NCBI GenBank assembly: GCA_001816655.1
Contig: MHCP01000030.1
Location: forward strand, 69,623 to 133,622
From: Candidatus Woykebacteria bacterium RBG_13_40_15
GTDB lineage: Bacteria; Patescibacteriota; Microgenomatia; Woykebacterales; RBG-16-39-9b
Direction of reading: 5' to 3'
Length of the DNA: 64,000 bases
Shown piece by piece: positions 56,071 through 64,000 of the stretch. Every line of letters begins with the position of its first letter. Positions within the stretch are counted from its first letter, which is position 1. Under the pieces are notes generated by a model. That model saw only the letters and a program-made list of their open reading frames with translations. It searched no databases and had not been told where the DNA came from. The position numbers and the translations under genes are program-made.

Positions 56071-57402
56071 TTAACCTCGATAAACTACTCTTAAAAGATT
56101 TCTAGTAACTGTTATTGCTGTGAGCATAGAAACCAAAATACCAATTGCGAGTGCTATTGCAAAACCACGCACCGAACCAGTACCAAACCAAAATAAAATT
56201 CCGCTGGTTATAAGTGAAGAAACATTTGAATCGCGTATAGAACTCCAAGCCCTTGTAAATCCTATTTCAATTGCCTGAATACGGTTGCGACCGGCCCGAA
56301 GCTCTTCTTTCATTCGCTCAAAGATTAAAATATTCGCATCAACAGCCATACCAATGGAAAGAATGAAACCAGCAATTCCTGCTAATGTCAGAGTAACTGG
56401 GATTATTTTAAATAACGCTAAAACAAATAAAGCATAAAGTACTAAAGCAATATCGGCCAATATACCAACCAAGCCGTAATAAATCGCCATGAAAAGAGCA
56501 ATTACAGTAAAACCAATTATCCCAGCTACTAAACTGCGATCTATAGAGGTTTTTCCTAATGTTGGTCCTAGTGTCCGCTCGGAAATTATATCGATCTTTT
56601 TTACCGGCAAGGCTCCAGCTGAGAGTTGAATAGATAGGCGTTTTGCTTCTTCTGAAGTCAAACCAGTTATAACTCCTTCTTTACCAATTTCGGTTTTTAC
56701 AATTGGAGCGGATACCGGAATGTCATCTAAAAATACTATAAGAGGCTTGCCGATTAGGCTGCGGGTAACAGCGCTAAATTTATTTGCTGATTCTGATTTT
56801 AACTCAAAACGAACAACAGGCCCTCCTTTATTTTCCGTATCCCCCTGTTGATAATCAACGGCTGCGGTTTTTAGGTCTTTGCCACTTATACCTGTTGGCT
56901 TCGTATTTTTAATTGTCGGAATTGTAGAAGTGGCGTCCGCTGGGTTGATAAATTCGCGAAATTCTAGTTTTGCAGTCTGTCCAACAAGCTGCCTAGCATT
57001 TTCAAGGTTTGTTACACCTGGCAGCTCTACAATTATTCGGTAATCTCCACCAACCTTTGAAGTTTGTATAATCGGTTCTGTAACACCAAACAAATTTATT
57101 CGGCGGTCAATTACTTCTTTTGCTGCTTCTAGAGCTTTATCGCGATCACTCTGGGCAATATCACTAACATCAGCCTTCAGGGTAAGACTTGTTCCCCCTT
57201 TCAAATCCAAACCGAGTTTTACATCGAGATCTCGTTTAAACTCAAATCCAAACACATTCCAGTCTATTTTTGGACCAGCCAAAACTGTATTTACTTTTAT
57301 GGGGCCTGCTGAGAATCTAATTGGCACATTAGGCCAATCTACTAAGACAGCCAAGCAAGTTAGCCCAACTATAGTTAATAACAGGACCCGAGGGGACTTC
57401 AT
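56071..57402 (-). CDS. secD: Protein translocase subunit SecD
   Basis: LGLDLKGG, RI...GV.EP, GALP and GMAVDANILIFER motifs. Confidence 0.96.
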   Translation of the reverse strand: MKSPRVLLLTIVGLTCLAVLVDWPNVPIRFSAGPIKVNTVLAGPKIDWNVFGFEFKRDLDVKLGLDLKGGTSLTLKADVSDIAQSDRDKALEAAKEVIDRRINLFGVTEPIIQTSKVGGDYRIIVELPGVTNLENARQLVGQTAKLEFREFINPADATSTIPTIKNTKPTGISGKDLKTAAVDYQQGDTENKGGPVVRFELKSESANKFSAVTRSLIGKPLIVFLDDIPVSAPIVKTEIGKEGVITGLTSEEAKRLSIQLSAGALPVKKIDIISERTLGPTLGKTSIDRSLVAGIIGFTVIALFMAIYYGLVGILADIALVLYALFVLALFKIIPVTLTLAGIAGFILSIGMAVDANILIFERMKEELRAGRNRIQAIEIGFTRAWSSIRDSNVSSLITSGILFWFGTGSVRGFAIALAIGILVSMLTAITVTRNLLRVVYRG

Positions 57403-57445
57403 CGTCTAAGATTATATCGATTTGTGGTATTGGAAGCAAGCTAAT

Positions 57446-58048
57446 TCACCGAATCAATTCTTCCTCATCACCAACTAATACTACTCCAACTCTTTCCAGG
57501 ACTCTTCCCACAAAGGGGTCTTTCCTTCTTTTTCTGAAAGTAAATTCGTCCTCACTCATTACAGTATAATTTATTTCACGCCCAATAGAATCTTCCGCTT
57601 TTTTTACTAAGGCAGCTAATTGCGGTACAACTACATTTCCAACGACTAAAAGGTCTACATCGGCGGAGTTTACTGGCAAGCGCCTCAAAAAACCTGTTGA
57701 AAGAGTCGCAAATTTAATTTTCCCAAGTTTATTTCTCTCTCGAATTATATCGCCGCCAAGGCCAGAGACTTTAGAAATTAACCTGGTTAATTCTGATTGA
57801 AAGACGTAATCTTTTCTAAAACCGTAAAACTTTCTATTGGCTCTGTTTTCACTCGTCAACATCCCAGCCTTTTCCAATCGCGATAGTTCCGCTCTCACAG
57901 CATTTATTTGTTCGCCGACAGATCGCACCAATTCCCTAACGTAATAAATCTTACCGGGATTATTCAAAAATAAAGAGAGCAGCTTTGCTCTAGTTTTAGA
58001 GATAAGCAAAGGGCGCAGTTGGCTGGCAGCAAAATTTAAGTCACTCAA
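57446..58048 (-). CDS. Winged-helix plus nucleotidyltransferase-like domain protein
   Basis: YVRELVR..NAVR.EL..L HTH; DVDLLVVG and GREINY. Confidence 0.75.
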   Translation of the reverse strand: MSDLNFAASQLRPLLISKTRAKLLSLFLNNPGKIYYVRELVRSVGEQINAVRAELSRLEKAGMLTSENRANRKFYGFRKDYVFQSELTRLISKVSGLGGDIIRERNKLGKIKFATLSTGFLRRLPVNSADVDLLVVGNVVVPQLAALVKKAEDSIGREINYTVMSEDEFTFRKRRKDPFVGRVLERVGVVLVGDEEELIR

Positions 58049-58085
58049 ATTTACCTCCTTAAAGCTTGGGCAGTTATAAATAATT

Positions 58086-59165
58086 CTACTTATATGAGAC
58101 GGGGGAGCCGGTAGGTACCGCCCCCACCCAAATCTGGCCTCTATTCAAACTTATTTCTTTTCCTTTATTATCGTAAAAACGGGTACGAGAAGCTCTATTG
58201 GCCTTTTTCCACTTTCCAGCAATTGCTTTCCCATCCTTGAAAACTATGACATCCCCACTGCCCTCATTTTGTATCAAAATCCTACTGTGCCCTGAGGGTT
58301 CGGGACTAATCTGAACGTATTGGACAATGATATTTTTTGCTGAAAGCCGCTCACTGTTCCCAGCGTCAAGATGTTTTTCACCACCATTACTTCGTAAATA
58401 GGTGTTTGTTGCGGGCTGGTAGACCCAGCTTACATCATAGCCATATGCACCGAGAAATCCTAAGCTTAAGGTAAATGTTTTTGGTCGCTCTTTGGGCGTT
58501 GCTTCAAAGTCAGAAAAAATCCAAGAATCAATTTTCACGGGTCCCCTAAAACCACGATCCGTTGCAACCTCACGCAGTTTTTTTGTATTTGTATAGACAT
58601 TATGAGGTGCAGCACGACTGCTTATTCTTTCATACGTAGGGCTACCGATAAAGAATTGATCTAGATCCTTAATACCGTAATCTTTCACAAGTTGCTGAGC
58701 CAAAGGGCTTCCACCAATATGGGCGTATCCAGCGCTATATTCACTTACCCAATCAAGAAAATACGGTCGATTGCTTCTGACTGGTCCTAAATTGGAATCG
58801 TTCGCTAAATAAATAGCTAGTAGTCTGGTAATTCCCCCTTCAGCCAAAGTCTCGTAAACAAGGTCGGCACGGCTTAAACCTGTTTGTGGACGAGCTTCAG
58901 TGTGATTCTCAATAACAACTGCTAAAGGCAAGTTATTACTCCAAGCTTTTGCTTCGTCTTTTGTGTAAAGCAAGCCATTTATTGGATTTGGGATATTGGC
59001 TATGACAGGCGCGTTTCTGTTTTCATAATTTCCAATTGAAGCTATCGAAACGCTTTTTTTACCGAGAACAAATCCTAGTGCACCCCAAACAAAAATATAG
59101 ACGAGCAGCAAAATTAAAACTAATATTTTTTGCTTTTTTGATAAAAGTTTAAAGTGTTTTAGCAT
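58086..59165 (-). CDS. DUF3048 (YerB-like) membrane-anchored protein
   Basis: ARPQ.GL..AD.VYE..AEGGITR, GPVRS.R and APHN.Y motifs. Confidence 0.88.
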   Translation of the reverse strand: MLKHFKLLSKKQKILVLILLLVYIFVWGALGFVLGKKSVSIASIGNYENRNAPVIANIPNPINGLLYTKDEAKAWSNNLPLAVVIENHTEARPQTGLSRADLVYETLAEGGITRLLAIYLANDSNLGPVRSNRPYFLDWVSEYSAGYAHIGGSPLAQQLVKDYGIKDLDQFFIGSPTYERISSRAAPHNVYTNTKKLREVATDRGFRGPVKIDSWIFSDFEATPKERPKTFTLSLGFLGAYGYDVSWVYQPATNTYLRSNGGEKHLDAGNSERLSAKNIIVQYVQISPEPSGHSRILIQNEGSGDVIVFKDGKAIAGKWKKANRASRTRFYDNKGKEISLNRGQIWVGAVPTGSPVSYK

Positions 59166-59339
59166 CGATTTGGTTCAAATTGAACAATACTAGTACCCAA
59201 AAAGATACAAATTTTTTAACAAACCGTCAAGTGGTAGTTTCGAGTTGCGTACCAGTTAGCTTTGTGCTAGCATATTCAATGAATTCAGTTAGAACGTAAG
59301 CCCTGCTTATTTCTTAATTCTGAATTATTAATTAGTAAC

Positions 59340-59714
59340 ATGCCAAAAAAGACTCGTGCGGAAAAACTGGCAGCCCAGCTACGGCGACTAAAAATGCAAT
59401 CGTCTGTTAGCGGTCAGCAACCAAGCCCTATTAACCAAACAATACCGCAACCAACAGCAGAGGTTGGACAGGAAAAACCAAGAGAAGTTCCTATAACCAC
59501 AACCAAACCCGTAATTAACATTCAGCAAATTATCGAAAAAAAACAGTCTCCAAAAGACGAGTCCCAAAGATATAGTTATTCGTATGTAAAAGGCGATTTG
59601 AGGAAGATAGTTGTCCTCGCTAGCCTCGCAGTAGCAGTCGAAGTAGGGTTGAACTTGACATTACGCACAAGCTTTGCTAAGCTGATCCTACGCACGTTCG
59701 GGATCGAAATTTAG
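59340..59714 (+). CDS. Hypothetical protein with C-terminal TM
   Basis: MPKKTR.EK start; Y.YV..DL.K before the TM. Confidence 0.65.
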   Translation: MPKKTRAEKLAAQLRRLKMQSSVSGQQPSPINQTIPQPTAEVGQEKPREVPITTTKPVINIQQIIEKKQSPKDESQRYSYSYVKGDLRKIVVLASLAVAVEVGLNLTLRTSFAKLILRTFGIEI

Positions 59715-59802
59715 ATGAAAATCTCGAACCTTTATTTCTTTTTCGAAAGGGGGTGAACCAACCAACAGGTTGAATTTCGAAAAAAGATTCAACCTACTAT
59801 AT

Positions 59803-59943
59803 ATGGCTTCAATGTATTGCGTAAAATGCCGCGCCAAGAAAGAGGTTGCAAACCCAGAAAGCGTTACCATGAAGAATGGTAAGAAAGCTTTGCGCGGAAC
59901 ATGTCCAGACTGTGGGACAAAGATGTTCAAGATTGGTGGCTAA
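59803..59943 (+). CDS. DUF5679-like 46-aa zinc-ribbon protein (not in the ORF track)
   Basis: MASMYCVKCRAKKEVANPESVTMKNGKKALRGTCPDCGTKMFKIGG. Confidence 0.85.
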   Translation: MASMYCVKCRAKKEVANPESVTMKNGKKALRGTCPDCGTKMFKIGG

Positions 59944-59970
59944 TTTAGTTTTTGAATTAGTTTTTACCAC

Positions 59971-60010
59971 AACGAAAAACCCCTCGAATTTCATCGGGGG
60001 TTTTTCGTTT
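59971..60010 (+). terminator. Intrinsic terminator
   Basis: ACGAAAAACCCCTCGA...TCGGGGGTTTTTCGT-TT. Confidence 0.75.
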
Positions 60011-60096
60011 GTTGAAAGCTAAACTGTATCTCCTAAACTTGAAATCCCATAGTATTTGTGATATAATGTAGTTGCGGAAAAATTTAATGTCTACAT

Positions 60097-60330
60097 TTGA
60101 GGAGGAGACGAATGGAAGCATTAGTAAAAGGGTTAGAGGTCATCGCGGGGCTTGCGGCGTTTTATAGCCTACTCTTTGCGGCTGTCGGGGGGATGGTATC
60201 AGCAAACGCAGGAACGTATGGTATGAAGAACACGCGTGCTGAGAACGCGGCGAACCTGCTCTTAACGGTGTTCACAATAGCTCTTGTTGCCTTCCTAATC
60301 ACCTTATGGATCCAATCCTCCACAAGGTAA
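60097..60330 (+). CDS. GC-rich two-TM orphan protein (likely start 60112)
   Basis: TTGAAA-17-TATAAT at 60039-60067; SD GAGGAGG. Confidence 0.6.
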   Translation: MRRRRMEALVKGLEVIAGLAAFYSLLFAAVGGMVSANAGTYGMKNTRAENAANLLLTVFTIALVAFLITLWIQSSTR

Positions 60331-60361
60331 CATTCTTGGAAGGAGGCGACGGAGGAGAACT

Positions 60362-60406
60362 GAAAGCCCTGCGGAAGTTGCGTTGAACGCAGCCGTAGGG
60401 TTTTTT
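60362..60406 (+). terminator. Two-tier hairpin with U-tract, shared with 61996-62037
   Basis: GAAAGCCCTGCGGAAGTTGCG...GCAGCCGTAGGGTTTTTT. Confidence 0.6.
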
Positions 60407-60431
60407 ATTTTTATAAATTTAACTTGCCACT

Positions 60432-61250
60432 CTAGTGGATAAAATCTTCGGTTAAGGTAGCTATGTGAACTGGTTCTTCAAGAGGAGTTAAGTGACTGTG
60501 TTCTGGGATAATAATAAGTTCAGATCTCCTTATAGAACTTCTTAGTATTTTGATTCTTTCTAACGGCACGATTATATCTAATTCTCCTGCGATCAATAAT
60601 GTTTCTGCTGCAATCTTCTTGGAAAGCTCAATAAGGTCAGTTTTTAAGTAGCTAAGAGCCGATTCCACTATGACTCTCGATTTAGCCTCTTTAAGATCTT
60701 TTATTCCTGAATTTATAAGTTCTTGCTTTCTCTTATTGCTAACACCCCTAATAAGTAGTTCGCCACCAAGTTTGCTAATCAATTCATTTGCTACCCAGAT
60801 TTTCCTGTATTTCCTTGGTAAAAAGTTTGTGAGTTTGTAATAATCGGCTTCCAAATTTTCTAAGAATCCTTTTCCTGAAATTGCTGGAGAAACCAAAATT
60901 AATTTGTTAATTAGGTTTGGAAACATAGCAGCATATTGGATACCTATAGATCCACCTAAAGAGTGTCCCCACAAGTAAAAGTCTTTTAAACCTAAACTAG
61001 TGACAAAGGAATTAAGAAATAAAGCATAGTTCTTTAAACTGTGAGTTTTGTTTAAAGATTCGGAAAATCCGTAACCAGGCAGATCCAAAAGAATTACTCG
61101 GTGGTTTTCAAAGCATCTAGCAAAAGCAGTTAAGGCTTTGTGATTGCCTCTAAAACCAGGAACTGCCAATAGGGTTGGTTTTAAATGGAGGTTATAAACA
61201 TAGTAAAAAATTTTTGATTCTTCAATATTAATTTGCTTTGACACCATCAA
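60432..61250 (-). CDS. Alpha/beta hydrolase
   Basis: DLPGYG.S, GHSLGG nucleophile elbow, G..D, and C-terminal His. Confidence 0.9.
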   Translation of the reverse strand: MMVSKQINIEESKIFYYVYNLHLKPTLLAVPGFRGNHKALTAFARCFENHRVILLDLPGYGFSESLNKTHSLKNYALFLNSFVTSLGLKDFYLWGHSLGGSIGIQYAAMFPNLINKLILVSPAISGKGFLENLEADYYKLTNFLPRKYRKIWVANELISKLGGELLIRGVSNKRKQELINSGIKDLKEAKSRVIVESALSYLKTDLIELSKKIAAETLLIAGELDIIVPLERIKILRSSIRRSELIIIPEHSHLTPLEEPVHIATLTEDFIH

Positions 61251-61388
61251 TTTATTATATCAAGGAAATGGAAACAAATTTCAAACCAGCTTCCAACTTG
61301 AAAAACCTATAGCATAATGGTATACTACATCCAACATAACCGCCAAACTAGCGGAAAACGTTAGACTAACGAGGAGGAAACAAGAGAA

Positions 61389-61981
61389 ATGTCGCCAGTA
61401 CACAACGACCCGTTTCTAGGTTGGTGGCTCTGGAAACTAGAGCCATGGCAGGCTGGCCTGGTAGCGTTGGCGTAGTCGGTCTTTGGTTCGTCGAAGTCCT
61501 CAGACGCAGGTTCACGACACCGGACTTACCATCTTATGGGCTGTCCATTTTCAAGTGGCACTCTAACTACCTGGGGTACCCTTTTCTGGCTGTGGTAGTA
61601 GGCTCGCTAGCCTTCTACTTCAAAGAGGTAAGCACAGCAACCCCAATAAGCGGGTGGTTGTTCCCAGTCTTCTTCGTGTTGGCTCTCGCGTCGGCTGCTC
61701 TGTTCATCCGGTGGGAGGACCAGAAGAACGGAATCCGCCCTTTCACGAAGCTGAACGCCAATCGGGTTTACAACGCCCTGTTCTGGTTCGCGCCAATAGT
61801 GTACGTACTCATCACGGGGCTCGCGGTACTACTCGGTTATCGGGAAATCCCAAGCGTGGTTGCGCTCGTCGTAGTGCTCTGCCTAGCAATCTTCGCCGGA
61901 ACCCTACTTCTCGATGGCACTGGGTGGAACCCACTACGGGATGAAGTCAAACGCTCGTACCCGAAGTGGAAACTGGATTGA
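61389..61981 (+). pseudogene. GC-rich multi-TM protein with an apparent frameshift near 61470
   Basis: SD-led ATG at 61389 stops at 61473-61475; hydrophobic sequence continues in the frame of ORF 61421-61981. Confidence 0.55.
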
Positions 61982-61995
61982 CTGGAGTGGAGATC

Positions 61996-62037
61996 GAAAG
62001 CCTCGCGGAAGTTGCGCAAGCAGCGGAAGCGGGGCTT
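61996..62037 (+). terminator. Two-tier hairpin, shared with 60362-60406
   Basis: AAGCCTCGC-GGAA-GTTGC-GCAA-GCAGC-GGAA-GCGGGGCTT. Confidence 0.55.
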
Positions 62038-62050
62038 CTCGGTTTATTGA

Positions 62051-63571
62051 CTAATTTTCACTCTTTGCTCGGTACTGTAGGCTTTCGGCAATGTGCTGTG
62101 GTTTTATTTCTTCTGAACTTTCCAGGTCAGCTATAGTTCTAGCTACTTTCAAAACTCGATGATATGCCCTAGCGGAGAGTTGCATTTTACTGACCGCAGC
62201 TCGAAGAAGATTTAAACAGTCTTGATCAAGTTTGCAAAACTCTTTTATTTCTTTTGCACTCATTTCACTGTTGTTCGCTAGCTTTGTTCCTTTTAGTCTT
62301 TCTGTTTGTTTTTCTCTTGCTTTCTGGACTCTGCTTCTAATTCGTTCTGATGGTTCTGCTTCTTGTTCTGAAGTCAATTTTTCGATTTTCACCGCTGGAA
62401 CATCAATATGTAAATCAATCCGATCTAAAATTGGGCCAGAGAGCCTTTTGTTATAACGAGTGATTTCCCCTGGCACACAAACACATTCTTTTGTTGGCTC
62501 TCCTAAAAACCCGCAAGGGCAAGGATTGGCGGCAGCAATTAGAGTAAATTTGGCTGGGAATGATATGCTGCCAACGGCACGCGACACTGTAACCACACCG
62601 TCTTCCAGGGGCCCTCGCAAGCTTTCTAGAACCATTCTCGGAAATTCAGGAAACTCATCTAAAAATAGGACCCCTCTGTGCGATAGTGAAATTTCCCCTG
62701 GTTTTGGGTGAGTTCCTCCACCGATCAAACCAATCGCACTTGCAGAGTGGTGGGGGCTTCTAAAAGGTCTAGTTTTAACTATTGGCTCTTCTGAATTTAT
62801 CTGCCCCAAAATGGAGTAAATTTTTGTTACTTCCAAAGCCTCGTTAAATGTTAGTCTTGGTAATATTCCCGAAAAAGCCCGAGCCAGAAGGGTCTTCCCC
62901 GCACCTGGTGGTCCTTTGAGTAGCACATTGTGCCCTCCCGCCGCTGCGATCTCTAGTGCTCTTTTCGCTGTCTCCTGTCCTTTTACCTCTTTCATGTCTA
63001 CTCCATTATTTTCGCTTTGATTTAAATTAATCTCCGATTTTGGAACCGCTTTTATTACTTTGTTTCCCGACAAATGATGGAAAAGGCTTGTGACACTTTC
63101 GACTGGTATAACTTTAATCCCATCAACAATTGCTGCTTCTTTTGCGTTTATTGCTGGAACGAAAAAGTTTTTTAATTTCTTCTCTTTTACTAGCATCGCA
63201 ATAGACAACACTGCATTGGTCGAACGCAAAGTTCCGTCAAGAGAAAGCTCACCTATAAAAAGTGAATCGGCTGGGGCAACTGATAATTGGCCAGAAGCAA
63301 TTAAAATTCCAAGAGCCATAGGTAAATCAAAGCTAGGTCCTTCTTTTGGAATATCGGCCGGGGCGAGGTTTACCGTAATTCTTTTTGTGGGAAAATCTGC
63401 GCCAGCATTTTTCAGTGCAGCTCTTACTCGCTCCTTGCTCTCTTCCACGGCTTTGTCCGGGAGACCAACAATTGTGAACGATGGGAGACCTTGAGCGGCG
63501 ATATCGACTTCAACTGTGATAGGAATTGAATCGAGTCCAATGGTAGCACCAGACATCACTTTGGCAAGCAT
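62051..63571 (-). CDS. comM: YifB/ComM Mg-chelatase-like AAA+ ATPase
   Basis: VGLPD..V.ES.ERV, GPPGAGKT, PFRSPHH, GVLFLDE and NPCPCG motifs. Confidence 0.93.
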   Translation of the reverse strand: MLAKVMSGATIGLDSIPITVEVDIAAQGLPSFTIVGLPDKAVEESKERVRAALKNAGADFPTKRITVNLAPADIPKEGPSFDLPMALGILIASGQLSVAPADSLFIGELSLDGTLRSTNAVLSIAMLVKEKKLKNFFVPAINAKEAAIVDGIKVIPVESVTSLFHHLSGNKVIKAVPKSEINLNQSENNGVDMKEVKGQETAKRALEIAAAGGHNVLLKGPPGAGKTLLARAFSGILPRLTFNEALEVTKIYSILGQINSEEPIVKTRPFRSPHHSASAIGLIGGGTHPKPGEISLSHRGVLFLDEFPEFPRMVLESLRGPLEDGVVTVSRAVGSISFPAKFTLIAAANPCPCGFLGEPTKECVCVPGEITRYNKRLSGPILDRIDLHIDVPAVKIEKLTSEQEAEPSERIRSRVQKAREKQTERLKGTKLANNSEMSAKEIKEFCKLDQDCLNLLRAAVSKMQLSARAYHRVLKVARTIADLESSEEIKPQHIAESLQYRAKSEN

Positions 63572-63614
63572 ACGAGGAATTATATCCAGATTTGTAATAA
63601 AAATTCAAGGGTCT

Positions 63615-63974
63615 TTACTTTACATCTTCGTCTTTAAGCTTATTTAAACCCTCAAAATGAATTTTGTTGTCTTTAAAAACTTCCGTAACTTTATACTTTC
63701 CTTTTGTATAAACCTTATCATTTTCCAAAAAGTGGGTTGCTTCTAAAATTATAATGCTGGCTTTAGGTCGTGAGAGCCGTTGGTTACCTTTTGTTTCAAG
63801 CAAAGGAATATCTCCAAAAAGCCAATAATGCCTCTGACCACTTTTTAAAAATGAAAAAATCTTACCTGCCTTTAAATCTTCTGGAATACATTCTTCCTTT
63901 TTCCTTTTCCCGTTTTTAAATTCTGAAATGTTACGCAAAGCAAGATCTGGATTGTACTCAGTTATTATTCCCAT
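63615..63974 (-). CDS. Hypothetical protein
   Basis: 119-aa ORF with host-like composition. Confidence 0.65.
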   Translation of the reverse strand: MGIITEYNPDLALRNISEFKNGKRKKEECIPEDLKAGKIFSFLKSGQRHYWLFGDIPLLETKGNQRLSRPKASIIILEATHFLENDKVYTKGKYKVTEVFKDNKIHFEGLNKLKDEDVK

Positions 63975-64000
63975 AACGTCCCTTATTCTACCAAAAACCG

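Noticed and set aside
402-63494. Many short antisense or alternate-frame ORFs in the track (e.g. 402-746, 3517-3930, 11575-12048, 23301-23744, 63090-63494)
   Set aside because: Shadow frames of well-supported genes, with no motifs or initiation signals.
1-64000. Alternative genetic code (TGA as Gly, as in some CPR lineages)
   Set aside because: Conserved genes are full length under code 11, and TGA ends several at the expected place (tkt subunits, recJ, secF).

Overview
64-kb chromosomal segment of a small-genome, AT-rich bacterium using genetic code 11. Gene content suggests a Patescibacteria/CPR organism, probably Microgenomates-like (split transketolase, compact GAD-less AspRS, PPIase-less SurA-like protein, DUF5679, many Thr/Ser-linker membrane-anchored proteins); this taxonomy is inference. 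Housekeeping blocks are a sugar-phosphate operon (gap-rpiB-rpe-tkt-fba-pfkB family-PGI/PMI-trxB), mgtA, two ABC exporters, gltX-aspS, recJ, a DEAD-box helicase, secD/secF and comM. Accessory content includes a three-gene HEPN-like island at tRNA-Gln, a defence hotspot (RelE-HTH TA pair, C-R-M type II system, DUF3800 with an adjacent structured RNA) and about nine dispersed GC-rich orphan expression units. The most unusual signal is a tandem array (about 115-bp period) of two extra, synonymously diverged copies of the last ~30 codons of fba, each joined through a short hairpin element of a dispersed repeat family. A comparable relic N-terminus plus hairpin lies upstream of gap. Together these suggest a small-element-driven replacement of housekeeping gene termini. 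All calls were made by eye; no searches were run.
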